From positions 1-64,000 of IMG/VR virus record IMGVR_UViG_3300034685_000168: 64,000 nt of DNA; one strand, given 5' to 3'. The stretch is from a virus. Positions within the stretch are counted from its first letter, which is position 1. The number at the start of each line of letters is the position of its first letter. Below are positions 19,672 to 28,967 of this stretch, one piece after another. The translations under genes and the position numbers were made by a program. The notes below the pieces were generated by a model. It made no database searches. It was not told the DNA's origin and saw only the letters and a program-made list of their open reading frames with translations.

Positions 19672-21054
19672 TTATTTCCTTTCAGATTCTAATATTTCTA
19701 ATATATCCATTATTGACAAATAAGGATATTTTTCTTTTTTAGGATCAAATACCCAATAACTTCTACTATTAAGTATTTTATCTATAGTTAGTTTTTTACT
19801 TTTTTTAATTGCTTCTACAAATTCTTCTGGCTTATAATCTACTTTATAAGGAAAATTAGATGTATTCCAAAATGCTTGAATAAAATACAAATGGAATGTA
19901 ATCTGTAATGCTCTTTTAACTTTATAATCCCGTACAACAGTTCTTAAATTTTTAGCATTAATAGAAACATCAGGTAATAACAACAAATGATGAGGTGCTC
20001 TTTGTTTATTAAATCCAAATCCATTTCCCATTTTAGTATTAGTTAAAATATTATATTCAGTTACTTCTTCTAATAAACCTTCATATTGAGAAACTACTAT
20101 AGGAATAGATTTACCTGAAGTATTATTTTTACATCTCTGAAGTGTAATAATAATTTCATTGAGTTCAACTGGATTATTATCATAATCAACTGGGTATTTA
20201 CATTCTTTATTGGAATCTTGAAGAGGTTTGGGTGTTTGTACTTCAGCCGCAATTGTATTTAAAAAAGTATATTGTGAACCAACTTGTTTTATTTTTGTAT
20301 TGTGTTTTTGATATTGAAGTTGTTTGGTTGTTGTAGGAAAAGGTCCTATATCACTAATATCACCAACATGACCTGTAGACAATAGCATTATACCAGCTTC
20401 ACCACAAAATCCATTAGCAGCTCTTGTGAATTTAGTTTTAGTATTTGCATCTCTCATATAAAGCGTATTAGTATCTGTTTCTAAATTCTTCTTATCATAA
20501 TCATCTAATTCAACTTTACTCTGTAATGCAGAATAACTATCTATAATTATTGGTGTTGGTATTAAAGTTTTTAATCCCTTACCTGTTGATGTATTAAGAA
20601 ATGGAGTTTCTTTTTTATAATCATTAATATTTTCCATTTTCTTTTTAACAATACCTATAATTATTTTAAACAATTCTCCCATTTTTATTCCATGTGCTGG
20701 AGAAATAAGTTTTAGTCTTTTATATAATTCGGTTCCATTTTCTTTTCCAAATAAAGATATTAATCTCTGTTCTGCATTGATCAAAGTATTTTCGCTATCA
20801 TATTCTAATGCTTCTTTTATTTCTTTATAAATAACCATTACTCTACCAAACAAACTCATTAATAGAGTACTTTTATAACATTGTTCTTTTCCAACTATAC
20901 AACTTTGTAACGCCGGTAATCCACCATCTAATAACCATTCTCCTGATGTTCCTCTTACAAAAGTTCCTGTTAATAAATCCCATACAGTATCCGTGTTAAA
21001 ATGAACAAAATGAATTGGTTCATAATTAATATCTATTAGACTCATATTTAACAT
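19672..21054 (-). CDS. uvsX: UvsX/RecA-like recombinase
   Basis: Walker A variant GKEQCYKST, Walker B IIIDSYS, TGHVGD and RCKNNTSG motifs; size matches phiKZ-type UvsX. Confidence 0.85.
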   Translation of the reverse strand: MLNMSLIDINYEPIHFVHFNTDTVWDLLTGTFVRGTSGEWLLDGGLPALQSCIVGKEQCYKSTLLMSLFGRVMVIYKEIKEALEYDSENTLINAEQRLISLFGKENGTELYKRLKLISPAHGIKMGELFKIIIGIVKKKMENINDYKKETPFLNTSTGKGLKTLIPTPIIIDSYSALQSKVELDDYDKKNLETDTNTLYMRDANTKTKFTRAANGFCGEAGIMLLSTGHVGDISDIGPFPTTTKQLQYQKHNTKIKQVGSQYTFLNTIAAEVQTPKPLQDSNKECKYPVDYDNNPVELNEIIITLQRCKNNTSGKSIPIVVSQYEGLLEEVTEYNILTNTKMGNGFGFNKQRAPHHLLLLPDVSINAKNLRTVVRDYKVKRALQITFHLYFIQAFWNTSNFPYKVDYKPEEFVEAIKKSKKLTIDKILNSRSYWVFDPKKEKYPYLSIMDILEILESERK

Positions 21055-21140
21055 TTCCTTTTAATTTGTTTTTATTTTATATAAGATAATTATTACATAT
21101 ATTTTTTAATTCTTTATAAAAAAGAGGAGTACCTTGGATA

Positions 21141-22577
21141 ATGCAAATCTTTCATGATACATTTTCAGATTATGATAAAAATTTATTAAAACCATTAGCA
21201 CAACAAGCTTTAATGAAAATATTAGATAAATTAGGTTTTATTAATTTCTTTGATAATAATTTTTATTATTACCACAATTCTTCTAGTGGTTCGAAAACTA
21301 AAACTAAAAATAATAATATTAAATTAAATGATAATAGAATTAATTGTAGAGTTACTGAAATTTTTAATCCTTCTAATGTAGAAAATATAAAACCTAAAAG
21401 TCTAGGTTATCAAGGATTTACAAGTAATAAAATTAATAGGACAACGCCTATATTTAATGACGAAGAACATAATATTTCATTACATAGTATTAGAGCTCCT
21501 ATGAAAATGACTTTAGATATAAGAGCATTATTTTTAGATATAACCCATGCACGTAATTTTATGATAAGAATGTTTAACGTATATGGATCAAAATTTGCTA
21601 ATATACCATTGAATTTTGCTTATGATATGTCAGTACCTAGTAATATACTTTTAATACAATTTATACTTTATAAATTATTAGATTTAGATATTAATAATTT
21701 TTATAACTATTTAAAAGATAATAGTGGTAATTCTATTACATTTAATTCTAATAGTTTTGGTACAAGAAAAGAATTAGTAATTAGACATGCTAATATAGAT
21801 GTTCCTGTAGATATATTGATGGAACAAGATAATATAGAAACCATACAAGTAGAACAAGTAGCTAATCATTTTGCTATAGAGTTTCAAGTAAATTTTCTAA
21901 TAGATGTTCCAACTATATTATTTTTACAATATCCAGAATCTATTAATAATAAATTAATACCAGAAGACATATGGCCTAATGCAGATTTTGAATCTAAATT
22001 ACATATAGATGGACACTATGATGCTAAATCATTGGATAATTATTTCCAAACTTATTGTAATTTACGAGATAAGTATTATAATATTCCTATTAAAAAATAT
22101 GATAAATATGTAAATGAATCAACTGATAATAAACCTTATTTTGAATCAGTATTTGTTTATATTCCATGGTTTGATACATGGCAAATTCCTGTTGGATCGT
22201 ATTTAAATAATACAAAAGATTATTCTCCTTTTATGTCTATTCTTTTTACATTAGATGAAGGCGAATATACTACATTGGATTTATCAGGTCCATTAGATCA
22301 TTTGGCTTTAACTGAATATACTCTAGAATGCCTTAATGAAGATAATAATAATTGTCTTTATTATTATCAAAATCCCAAAATACTATTACAAGTATTCAAT
22401 AATGACGAACAAGTTGAGCCTGCACTTTTAAATTTTAATAATAATATTTTAACAATACCTAATGTAGATTTTAAAAGTTCTTATAGGGTTGTTTTAAGTA
22501 AAGGAGAATGTTATGGGTATAATAAATACATCAAGAGATGGAATGTCGACATCAACGTTAGCAGACGCAATACTTAA
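21141..22577 (+). CDS. Virion structural protein (phiKZ gp98-like, neck/tail completion)
   Basis: 478 aa, GAGGAG RBS; first of a four-gene block; YPESINNKLIP and IPWFDTW resemble the recalled family. Confidence 0.5.
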   Translation: MQIFHDTFSDYDKNLLKPLAQQALMKILDKLGFINFFDNNFYYYHNSSSGSKTKTKNNNIKLNDNRINCRVTEIFNPSNVENIKPKSLGYQGFTSNKINRTTPIFNDEEHNISLHSIRAPMKMTLDIRALFLDITHARNFMIRMFNVYGSKFANIPLNFAYDMSVPSNILLIQFILYKLLDLDINNFYNYLKDNSGNSITFNSNSFGTRKELVIRHANIDVPVDILMEQDNIETIQVEQVANHFAIEFQVNFLIDVPTILFLQYPESINNKLIPEDIWPNADFESKLHIDGHYDAKSLDNYFQTYCNLRDKYYNIPIKKYDKYVNESTDNKPYFESVFVYIPWFDTWQIPVGSYLNNTKDYSPFMSILFTLDEGEYTTLDLSGPLDHLALTEYTLECLNEDNNNCLYYYQNPKILLQVFNNDEQVEPALLNFNNNILTIPNVDFKSSYRVVLSKGECYGYNKYIKRWNVDINVSRRNT

Positions 22578-23886
22578 CCCAGATCAATCTATAGAAGAAA
22601 TACAAAATGAACCTATAGTAGACACGACGTATGATAATATAGAAGATTTAGCTACAATAAAAGATATAAGTACTATTAGATCTAGTTTAAATACTGATAG
22701 AGATGTTAATACTATTAGATCTATTATTGCTTCTTTGTCAGGTAGTAAAATAGAATGTTCTTATTATCAAAAATATGATCAATCGGTTTTATCTCAAACA
22801 AGTTATAATTATATTTCTACTAATGAATCGGCTATAAAAACTCCCATGTTATGTATTCATAATTTTATTTTTAAACTAATTAATTCATTTGAATATAGTT
22901 ATGATACTGAAGGGAATATAAGTTCTGTAACTGGGACTGGAATAACTTATCCTAAATTTGAACCTAATAAAGGTGACGTATTTTTATATCCATTAGAAAA
23001 TAATCAATTAGGTTTATTTGTTATAAGTGATACTGAACGATTATCACCATTTCAAAATACTGTATTTAAAATTAATTTTTATTTAAGAGGATTTTTAGAT
23101 CAAGCATCATTAGATGAAGTAAAAAAAGCTTGTATTAAAGAAGTTTATTTTAATGAAAATGGATTTCTATCTGGTGATGATTCTTTATATTTAGATACTG
23201 AAGAATATGTTGATTTCGAAACAGCTAAAGAATTAGTATCAGCTATGATACAATATTACTATAAATTATTTTATGATAATAGATATAAAACTATATTTAG
23301 AAATGATAATATTTATGATATATTTGTAATAGAATTTCTTAATAAAATTACTGATTTTAGTGAAACATTTACTTTACCTAGATCTTTTTTAATTAAAGAT
23401 TTTATGGAATACACCATATTCGATGTAATACATTCTGATTATGATATAGAATTAAATGATATAAACCCATTTCTTTATTTGAAAAAACATACATTTTCTA
23501 ATTCAGATATTAATATAAATAACTTAATAAATAGAACTTATATTACTACTAATAGAGATAATACTTGTTATGCATCAGAATTATATATTTTCTCTAAAGA
23601 ATTTTATGAATATCTAGGTAAACCTATAGGTATAGATCCATTTTGTACAGACGAAGACCAATCTAATTGTATCGGATATGGACCAATATTAGAAGACCCT
23701 TCTACTTATACTGGGTTTACTACTATGGAAAATATATTAATAAAAAAAATAAATAAAACTTTAACAATAGATGAAATTATATCTTATGCATTACAATATA
23801 AAACATTTTCAGATAAAGATAAATTTTATCATATACCTATTTTAATTTATTTATTAAAAGAATATATGTATAGATTAATTAAATAA
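22513..23886 (+). CDS. Virion structural protein (phiKZ gp99-like)
   Basis: FEPNKGDVF...GLFVI...ERLS and YDIFVIEFL motifs; AAGGAG RBS at 22501. Confidence 0.55.
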   Translation: MGIINTSRDGMSTSTLADAILNPDQSIEEIQNEPIVDTTYDNIEDLATIKDISTIRSSLNTDRDVNTIRSIIASLSGSKIECSYYQKYDQSVLSQTSYNYISTNESAIKTPMLCIHNFIFKLINSFEYSYDTEGNISSVTGTGITYPKFEPNKGDVFLYPLENNQLGLFVISDTERLSPFQNTVFKINFYLRGFLDQASLDEVKKACIKEVYFNENGFLSGDDSLYLDTEEYVDFETAKELVSAMIQYYYKLFYDNRYKTIFRNDNIYDIFVIEFLNKITDFSETFTLPRSFLIKDFMEYTIFDVIHSDYDIELNDINPFLYLKKHTFSNSDININNLINRTYITTNRDNTCYASELYIFSKEFYEYLGKPIGIDPFCTDEDQSNCIGYGPILEDPSTYTGFTTMENILIKKINKTLTIDEIISYALQYKTFSDKDKFYHIPILIYLLKEYMYRLIK

Positions 23887-23909
23887 AAATAAAAGGAAGA
23901 GTCTTTACT

Positions 23910-24374
23910 ATGTTTAAAACAAATATAATATTTTATTCGTTAGAAGAATTAATGGATGCACCGTTACATAGAATTAAAAAAAAAGGAAGAATTTTAGTTG
24001 GTAGACCCCACCCATTAAAAATTAAATATGGTATCCCACTATTAGCAGATATGGATAATCAAAATGATAGGGTTCACCAAGGTAAAGTATCTATATCACA
24101 ACTGATAGATTTTACTTTAACCGAAACAGAATACGCTTTGATAGATATTGACCACATACCGGATATTATAAAAGTATTAGAAGAATATTTAGATTATCAA
24201 GCAGAGAATTATGATTTAAACAATGGTGAAGTTAAATTAATTCGAGATGGTTGTATAAAACTACATAATCAATATAGTAAATTTGTTGAAGATAACATTC
24301 ATAGAGATAAAAGATTACAAAAATCATCTAATTACACATTACTTGATAAAAAATTAAAACAATATAAATATTAA
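23910..24374 (+). CDS. Conserved hypothetical protein (phiKZ gp100-like position)
   Basis: 154-aa ORF within the structural block. Confidence 0.5.
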   Translation: MFKTNIIFYSLEELMDAPLHRIKKKGRILVGRPHPLKIKYGIPLLADMDNQNDRVHQGKVSISQLIDFTLTETEYALIDIDHIPDIIKVLEEYLDYQAENYDLNNGEVKLIRDGCIKLHNQYSKFVEDNIHRDKRLQKSSNYTLLDKKLKQYKY

Positions 24375-24389
24375 AGGTTTTTAAATAAA

Positions 24390-25730
24390 ATGGCAAATAT
24401 TAAACTTCATAAATCTATAGAAAATATAGTAAAAAAAATATCTGAATCTGATGATTATAATTTCTTTGTAATTAGAATGAAATTAATTAATCCAGCAACT
24501 GGTTACGAAATATATATTGGATCACCATCGCGGATAGATATAATTAGAGATTTAGAATCAAATATAATGGATTATATTGAAGTAGATTTTAAAATGTATT
24601 TAAAAGATTATATCAATGCATGTAATGAATATGAGAATCTTTATTCTATCATAGAATTTAGAAAATGTGATAGTGATTTAAATGTAGATAATAAACCTTA
24701 TAAAACTTTAAAATCTAAAATAATATTTAAAGATAAAGTAGATTTATTAAAAGTTATATCTAAAGAAAGAATTTATGGGCGAAACGGTATTCAGGAAACA
24801 GATGAACAGATGGCTAATGAAATTAATATTTCAGCTCAATTAATAGATCCTAAAGAATATATTGTTAGGAAAATACAATTGAATGGTTTATATAGTTCTA
24901 ATATTGAAAATATAATTTTAATGGCCCATTCTATTTTTGGTATTTCTAAATATAAACTAGCATTACCTGATAATACTAGATTTTATAATAATTTATATAT
25001 TCCTTCTACCAGAGATATAACTAATTTATTTTTTTATTTACAATCAGTTTATGGTATTTATAGAAAAGATATAACTTATTATATTCTTAATGATTGTTTA
25101 TATATTTACCCTAGATATGAAATATCTATGAATAAAGTATGGGATATAAATTCAACAGTTCATATTTATAGCGTGGATGAACAATCGTATTTAGGTGGTA
25201 AAAATTATCATACTTTCATTGAAAATGATTTACATATAATAAATAATTCACCTGTTGTTAATAATGACCCTCAAGCTTCTAATGTTGAGAATATAGCTAA
25301 TACATTGTTAATTACTTCTAAAGAAGAAATACTAGATAAAAAATCTAGTCTCAATAATGATAAAAAAAATGTAGATATAAAAAATACTGTTAAATTAATG
25401 GAGTTAACTGATATCCAATCTTTAGATGGAGAAAATACATTATCAGTAAAATATGCTAATAGTTATGGTAACCCATATATTTATGAATCATTAATGTATA
25501 GTTTACAAAATATAGCTACTAGTTTAATGTGGTATAGTGCCGATCCTTTCATAGAGATAGAACCAGGTACTCAAGTTAAATATCATTATGAAGATAAAGA
25601 TAAATATAAAACTGTCGATGCAACATTTAGAAGAATAGATTATTCTATTATAAAAGTTAAAGTTAATGGTGATGGAATAAATGACATTTTTCAATGTGTT
25701 GCGACTTTACATATGTATACTGGAAGATAA
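24390..25730 (+). CDS. Virion structural protein, possible baseplate hub (phiKZ gp101-like)
   Basis: PDNTRFY..LYIP...YLQSVYGIY...YIYPRY and W..ADP..IEPG..VKYHY patterns. Confidence 0.55.
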   Translation: MANIKLHKSIENIVKKISESDDYNFFVIRMKLINPATGYEIYIGSPSRIDIIRDLESNIMDYIEVDFKMYLKDYINACNEYENLYSIIEFRKCDSDLNVDNKPYKTLKSKIIFKDKVDLLKVISKERIYGRNGIQETDEQMANEINISAQLIDPKEYIVRKIQLNGLYSSNIENIILMAHSIFGISKYKLALPDNTRFYNNLYIPSTRDITNLFFYLQSVYGIYRKDITYYILNDCLYIYPRYEISMNKVWDINSTVHIYSVDEQSYLGGKNYHTFIENDLHIINNSPVVNNDPQASNVENIANTLLITSKEEILDKKSSLNNDKKNVDIKNTVKLMELTDIQSLDGENTLSVKYANSYGNPYIYESLMYSLQNIATSLMWYSADPFIEIEPGTQVKYHYEDKDKYKTVDATFRRIDYSIIKVKVNGDGINDIFQCVATLHMYTGR

Positions 25731-25731
25731 T

Positions 25732-25769
25732 ATATAGATAGATGAGGTTTTATCCTCATCTATCTATAT
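25732..25769. terminator. Bidirectional terminator
   Basis: ATATAGATAGATGAGG / CCTCATCTATCTATAT between convergent genes. Confidence 0.8.
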
Positions 25770-25775
25770 TAATAT

Positions 25776-27326
25776 TTATAAATTATTTAAAAATGTAACT
25801 ATATCAGTTTGTTCTTCTTCTTGTTTTAAATCTACTACATGAATATCTCTTACAAATGTTGGTTCTTTATCTATATCATCTTTAATACCATATATTGGAT
25901 CGAATGGTTGTGCAAAATATTTATATTCTTCTGGGGTATTATCAACATATCGATGTTTCTTTCGTCTAACGCATAAATAAGATCTTCCATCTGCACCTTT
26001 TTCTATATTTAAGAAAATAGATAAATCTACTTCTTCTTCTAATCTCTTACATTTACCTATACAGTTAGTATTAAATCTCATAATAAAATTAGGAATACCT
26101 GAGTTAACTATTTCTGTTGCTTTATCATTTAACTGAGCCGCACTTATTAATGCATAATTATTATAATTAGCATGGTTCTTTATACTAGAATATAAATCTC
26201 CTAAACTAAAAGCAGTTTTTTCACCTTCTGTTGCCATTAGAGTCACATAATCTATTATCATAGCCATTAACTGAAAACCTTCTTTTTTAAGTTTTTCAGT
26301 TAAAGCAGTGTATTCTCTAAAACCAAATGTATCACCTATTTTTCTATATATCTTAAAAGACCAACCATTTTTAACCAATTCTTTTTTAAGAAAAGCTAAT
26401 AATTCATGTTCTTCTATATTATCTTCTGGGAATACTCCAAATTTTTCTAAATAAACTTCTTTATATATTTTATTAAGGTTCTTAATAACATCATTTTCTA
26501 ATGAAATAAAACAACATAATGGTTTTAATCCAGGATCTACTTCTGGAATATTATAAGCCATTATCCATCTAGCAAATTTTAATAACATAGAAGATTTATA
26601 ATTATGAGATAGTGCATAAAATAAAACTGATTCACCTAATCTTATTCCATTATTCTCTCCAGTCATTAATTGAAGACCTTGTAAACCTAATTTTAAAACA
26701 TCACCTGTTGTTCTATTTTTAAAAGCTCTCATTGCTTTTAAAGTTTCTTCTTCATTATCAAAATCTATTTCATCTATAATAGCGTGTCTAGATTCTTCTA
26801 ATGATTCTAATGGTGTAAATTCTTTAGCTATATTCAAAATATTACTTAATAATTCATCTTGTTTTAAATTATTAATACTATATTTACATTTAGTAGCATT
26901 TTTCATCATTAATTGTATTTTATTATTATAATCATACCATAAAATAGTTTTATTTAATTTATTTCGTAATCCTCTTATCTTTTCTAAATCAGGATCATCT
27001 TCTATTATATACTGAATACTATGTATTATATCAGGATCGTCATCCATAATATTTTCTGATGATTTTATTTTTAAATATATTTTTTGTAAATCTGATTTAT
27101 CTATAGAGGAGTTATTATTAATTATATTCTGAATTATATTACATAATATATAATTAGTTTGGGAAGCTAAACCTTCTGATTTTTCACTTTCTTTATCAAA
27201 TAATACCAGTATTTTATCTATTAATTTTTTATCTAAATCTGTATTAGATTTAGCTAATAAATATATACAATCTATTAGAGTATCGGTTTCAATAGTTATC
27301 ATTTTAGTAACGCTCCAATCTAGCAT
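25776..27326 (-). CDS. dnaB: DnaB-like replicative helicase (phiKZ gp118-like)
   Basis: GES..ALSHNYKS (Walker A variant), FISLEN, IIDYV, SAAQLN, EEVD, RKKHR; divergent from the capsid operon as in phiKZ. Confidence 0.9.
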   Translation of the reverse strand: MLDWSVTKMITIETDTLIDCIYLLAKSNTDLDKKLIDKILVLFDKESEKSEGLASQTNYILCNIIQNIINNNSSIDKSDLQKIYLKIKSSENIMDDDPDIIHSIQYIIEDDPDLEKIRGLRNKLNKTILWYDYNNKIQLMMKNATKCKYSINNLKQDELLSNILNIAKEFTPLESLEESRHAIIDEIDFDNEEETLKAMRAFKNRTTGDVLKLGLQGLQLMTGENNGIRLGESVLFYALSHNYKSSMLLKFARWIMAYNIPEVDPGLKPLCCFISLENDVIKNLNKIYKEVYLEKFGVFPEDNIEEHELLAFLKKELVKNGWSFKIYRKIGDTFGFREYTALTEKLKKEGFQLMAMIIDYVTLMATEGEKTAFSLGDLYSSIKNHANYNNYALISAAQLNDKATEIVNSGIPNFIMRFNTNCIGKCKRLEEEVDLSIFLNIEKGADGRSYLCVRRKKHRYVDNTPEEYKYFAQPFDPIYGIKDDIDKEPTFVRDIHVVDLKQEEEQTDIVTFLNNL

Positions 27327-27394
27327 AAGTATTCATTTTATATAGAATTATAAAAAGGAATTAATTTTTAAAATTTAAGGAGAATAATAATACA

Positions 27395-28951
27395 ATGGGA
27401 GAAATATTTAATTTATATATTAGTACAAAATATACTAACAATTATGATCAATGGATTAATAATACTAATTCGATGTATAATAAATTATCATTTTATGATA
27501 AAATAAGATTTATCACAAGACAAAAATTTATTGATATTTATTCTAAGCTATTTTTACAGATTCAAGATAATGTATTCAATTCTATTTTCGATGATATAAA
27601 AAAAGATTTAGATTTTAAAATTAAATTATTAATAAAAGAAAGTCAATATAAAGAAAATAGACTTTATTATAATACATTAAATAAAGTTTTAATTGTATTA
27701 AACAATATGGAAGAACAAAATATTACTTTTTCTATTGAAGATCATTTACCTGTATTTTTATCTATGTTCTTAGAAGAAGATAATATATCTAATGTTATTC
27801 CATCAGTTGGTAATTATGATATTATAAAAGGATTAATTTTATTTTTATCTTTTTATAAACGAGGAAATTCACCACATATTAGAAACTATATTGATGAATA
27901 TAATAATTTTAAAAATACTGGTTTATTAAAATTAAATTATAAAAATAATAAAAGTGTAGTTATAGATGATATCATTATTAATAGTAATGGTGGATCATTA
28001 GATTTTAATAATGAAGGTTATGGTGTTGTACTTTTTTTTGAGTATATAAATAGTTTAGATTTAAGTGAATTTAATCATATTAAACTTTTTTCTCTAATTA
28101 CAAACTTATTAATAATAAGAGATAAATTTAATAGTAGTAGATTACAACAATTATTTTCATTTATAAATAAATCAATAATTAAATATTTTAATCCTAATGA
28201 TATGAATAGAGAAAAATGTAATGATATTATATATCAAGAATTAGTTAATTTTTTTCAAATAGCAAATAAAATTTATACTAAATATAGAGTTCCATTTAAT
28301 GAACAAATCGAACTTTATAAATATATTATAATTAATTATGATAAAAATATTGATCAACGATTATTAAGTTATATTACAATAAATGAACAAAATAAAGATA
28401 CTTTATTAAAATCGTTAACAAGTTCTGAAAATGTATTACAAAATAGTTATAATTTTATAACTAAGTTAAACGCAGCGGATGAAGAAGGATTAGAAGATGA
28501 AGAAATCGACGAAGACTTATCCGTTGAAGAAGATGAAGAAGATATTGGCGAAGAAGAAACAGATTCAGATTTGGAAGATGAAGATCTAGGAGATGAAGAT
28601 TTAGGTGACGATGATGAAGATCCTCTAGATGATGAAGTTGAAGGCGATGATGTATCCACTGAAGAAGGTGAAGAAGATACTGGTGGAGAACCTGAACCCA
28701 AAATAGAACATATTTCCGAATTTGACAAAAAAGGTATTGAGATGGAGCTTAATGATGGCGATCCAACACTTGCCGAATTAGCTCTAAGAGAAGAAATAAT
28801 TAAAAAACTTAATAAAGTATTGGCCAATCCAGGTAATTTACCTGCTTCGGAAATAGCTAAACTAAAATATTTTAAATCTCATTGGATTTATTTAATTAGT
28901 GTAAAAACACTTATGGCTATTTTTGAAGAAATTAAAGTTTTTAAAAAATAA
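27395..28951 (+). CDS. Head-associated protein with long acidic tract (phiKZ gp119-like position)
   Basis: Directly upstream of the capsid gene; D/E-rich tract of about 75 aa near the C-terminus. Confidence 0.55.
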   Translation: MGEIFNLYISTKYTNNYDQWINNTNSMYNKLSFYDKIRFITRQKFIDIYSKLFLQIQDNVFNSIFDDIKKDLDFKIKLLIKESQYKENRLYYNTLNKVLIVLNNMEEQNITFSIEDHLPVFLSMFLEEDNISNVIPSVGNYDIIKGLILFLSFYKRGNSPHIRNYIDEYNNFKNTGLLKLNYKNNKSVVIDDIIINSNGGSLDFNNEGYGVVLFFEYINSLDLSEFNHIKLFSLITNLLIIRDKFNSSRLQQLFSFINKSIIKYFNPNDMNREKCNDIIYQELVNFFQIANKIYTKYRVPFNEQIELYKYIIINYDKNIDQRLLSYITINEQNKDTLLKSLTSSENVLQNSYNFITKLNAADEEGLEDEEIDEDLSVEEDEEDIGEEETDSDLEDEDLGDEDLGDDDEDPLDDEVEGDDVSTEEGEEDTGGEPEPKIEHISEFDKKGIEMELNDGDPTLAELALREEIIKKLNKVLANPGNLPASEIAKLKYFKSHWIYLISVKTLMAIFEEIKVFKK

Positions 28952-28967
28952 TAAGGAGAATTTATAA

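Noticed and set aside
21061-21140. ATTTTATA as a late promoter motif (also near 14004, 27335, 41859)
   Set aside because: Too short and AT-only to distinguish from background by eye.
28447-28827. Ser-rich minus-strand ORF
   Set aside because: Antisense shadow of the GAA/GAT acidic tract in the plus-strand gene.
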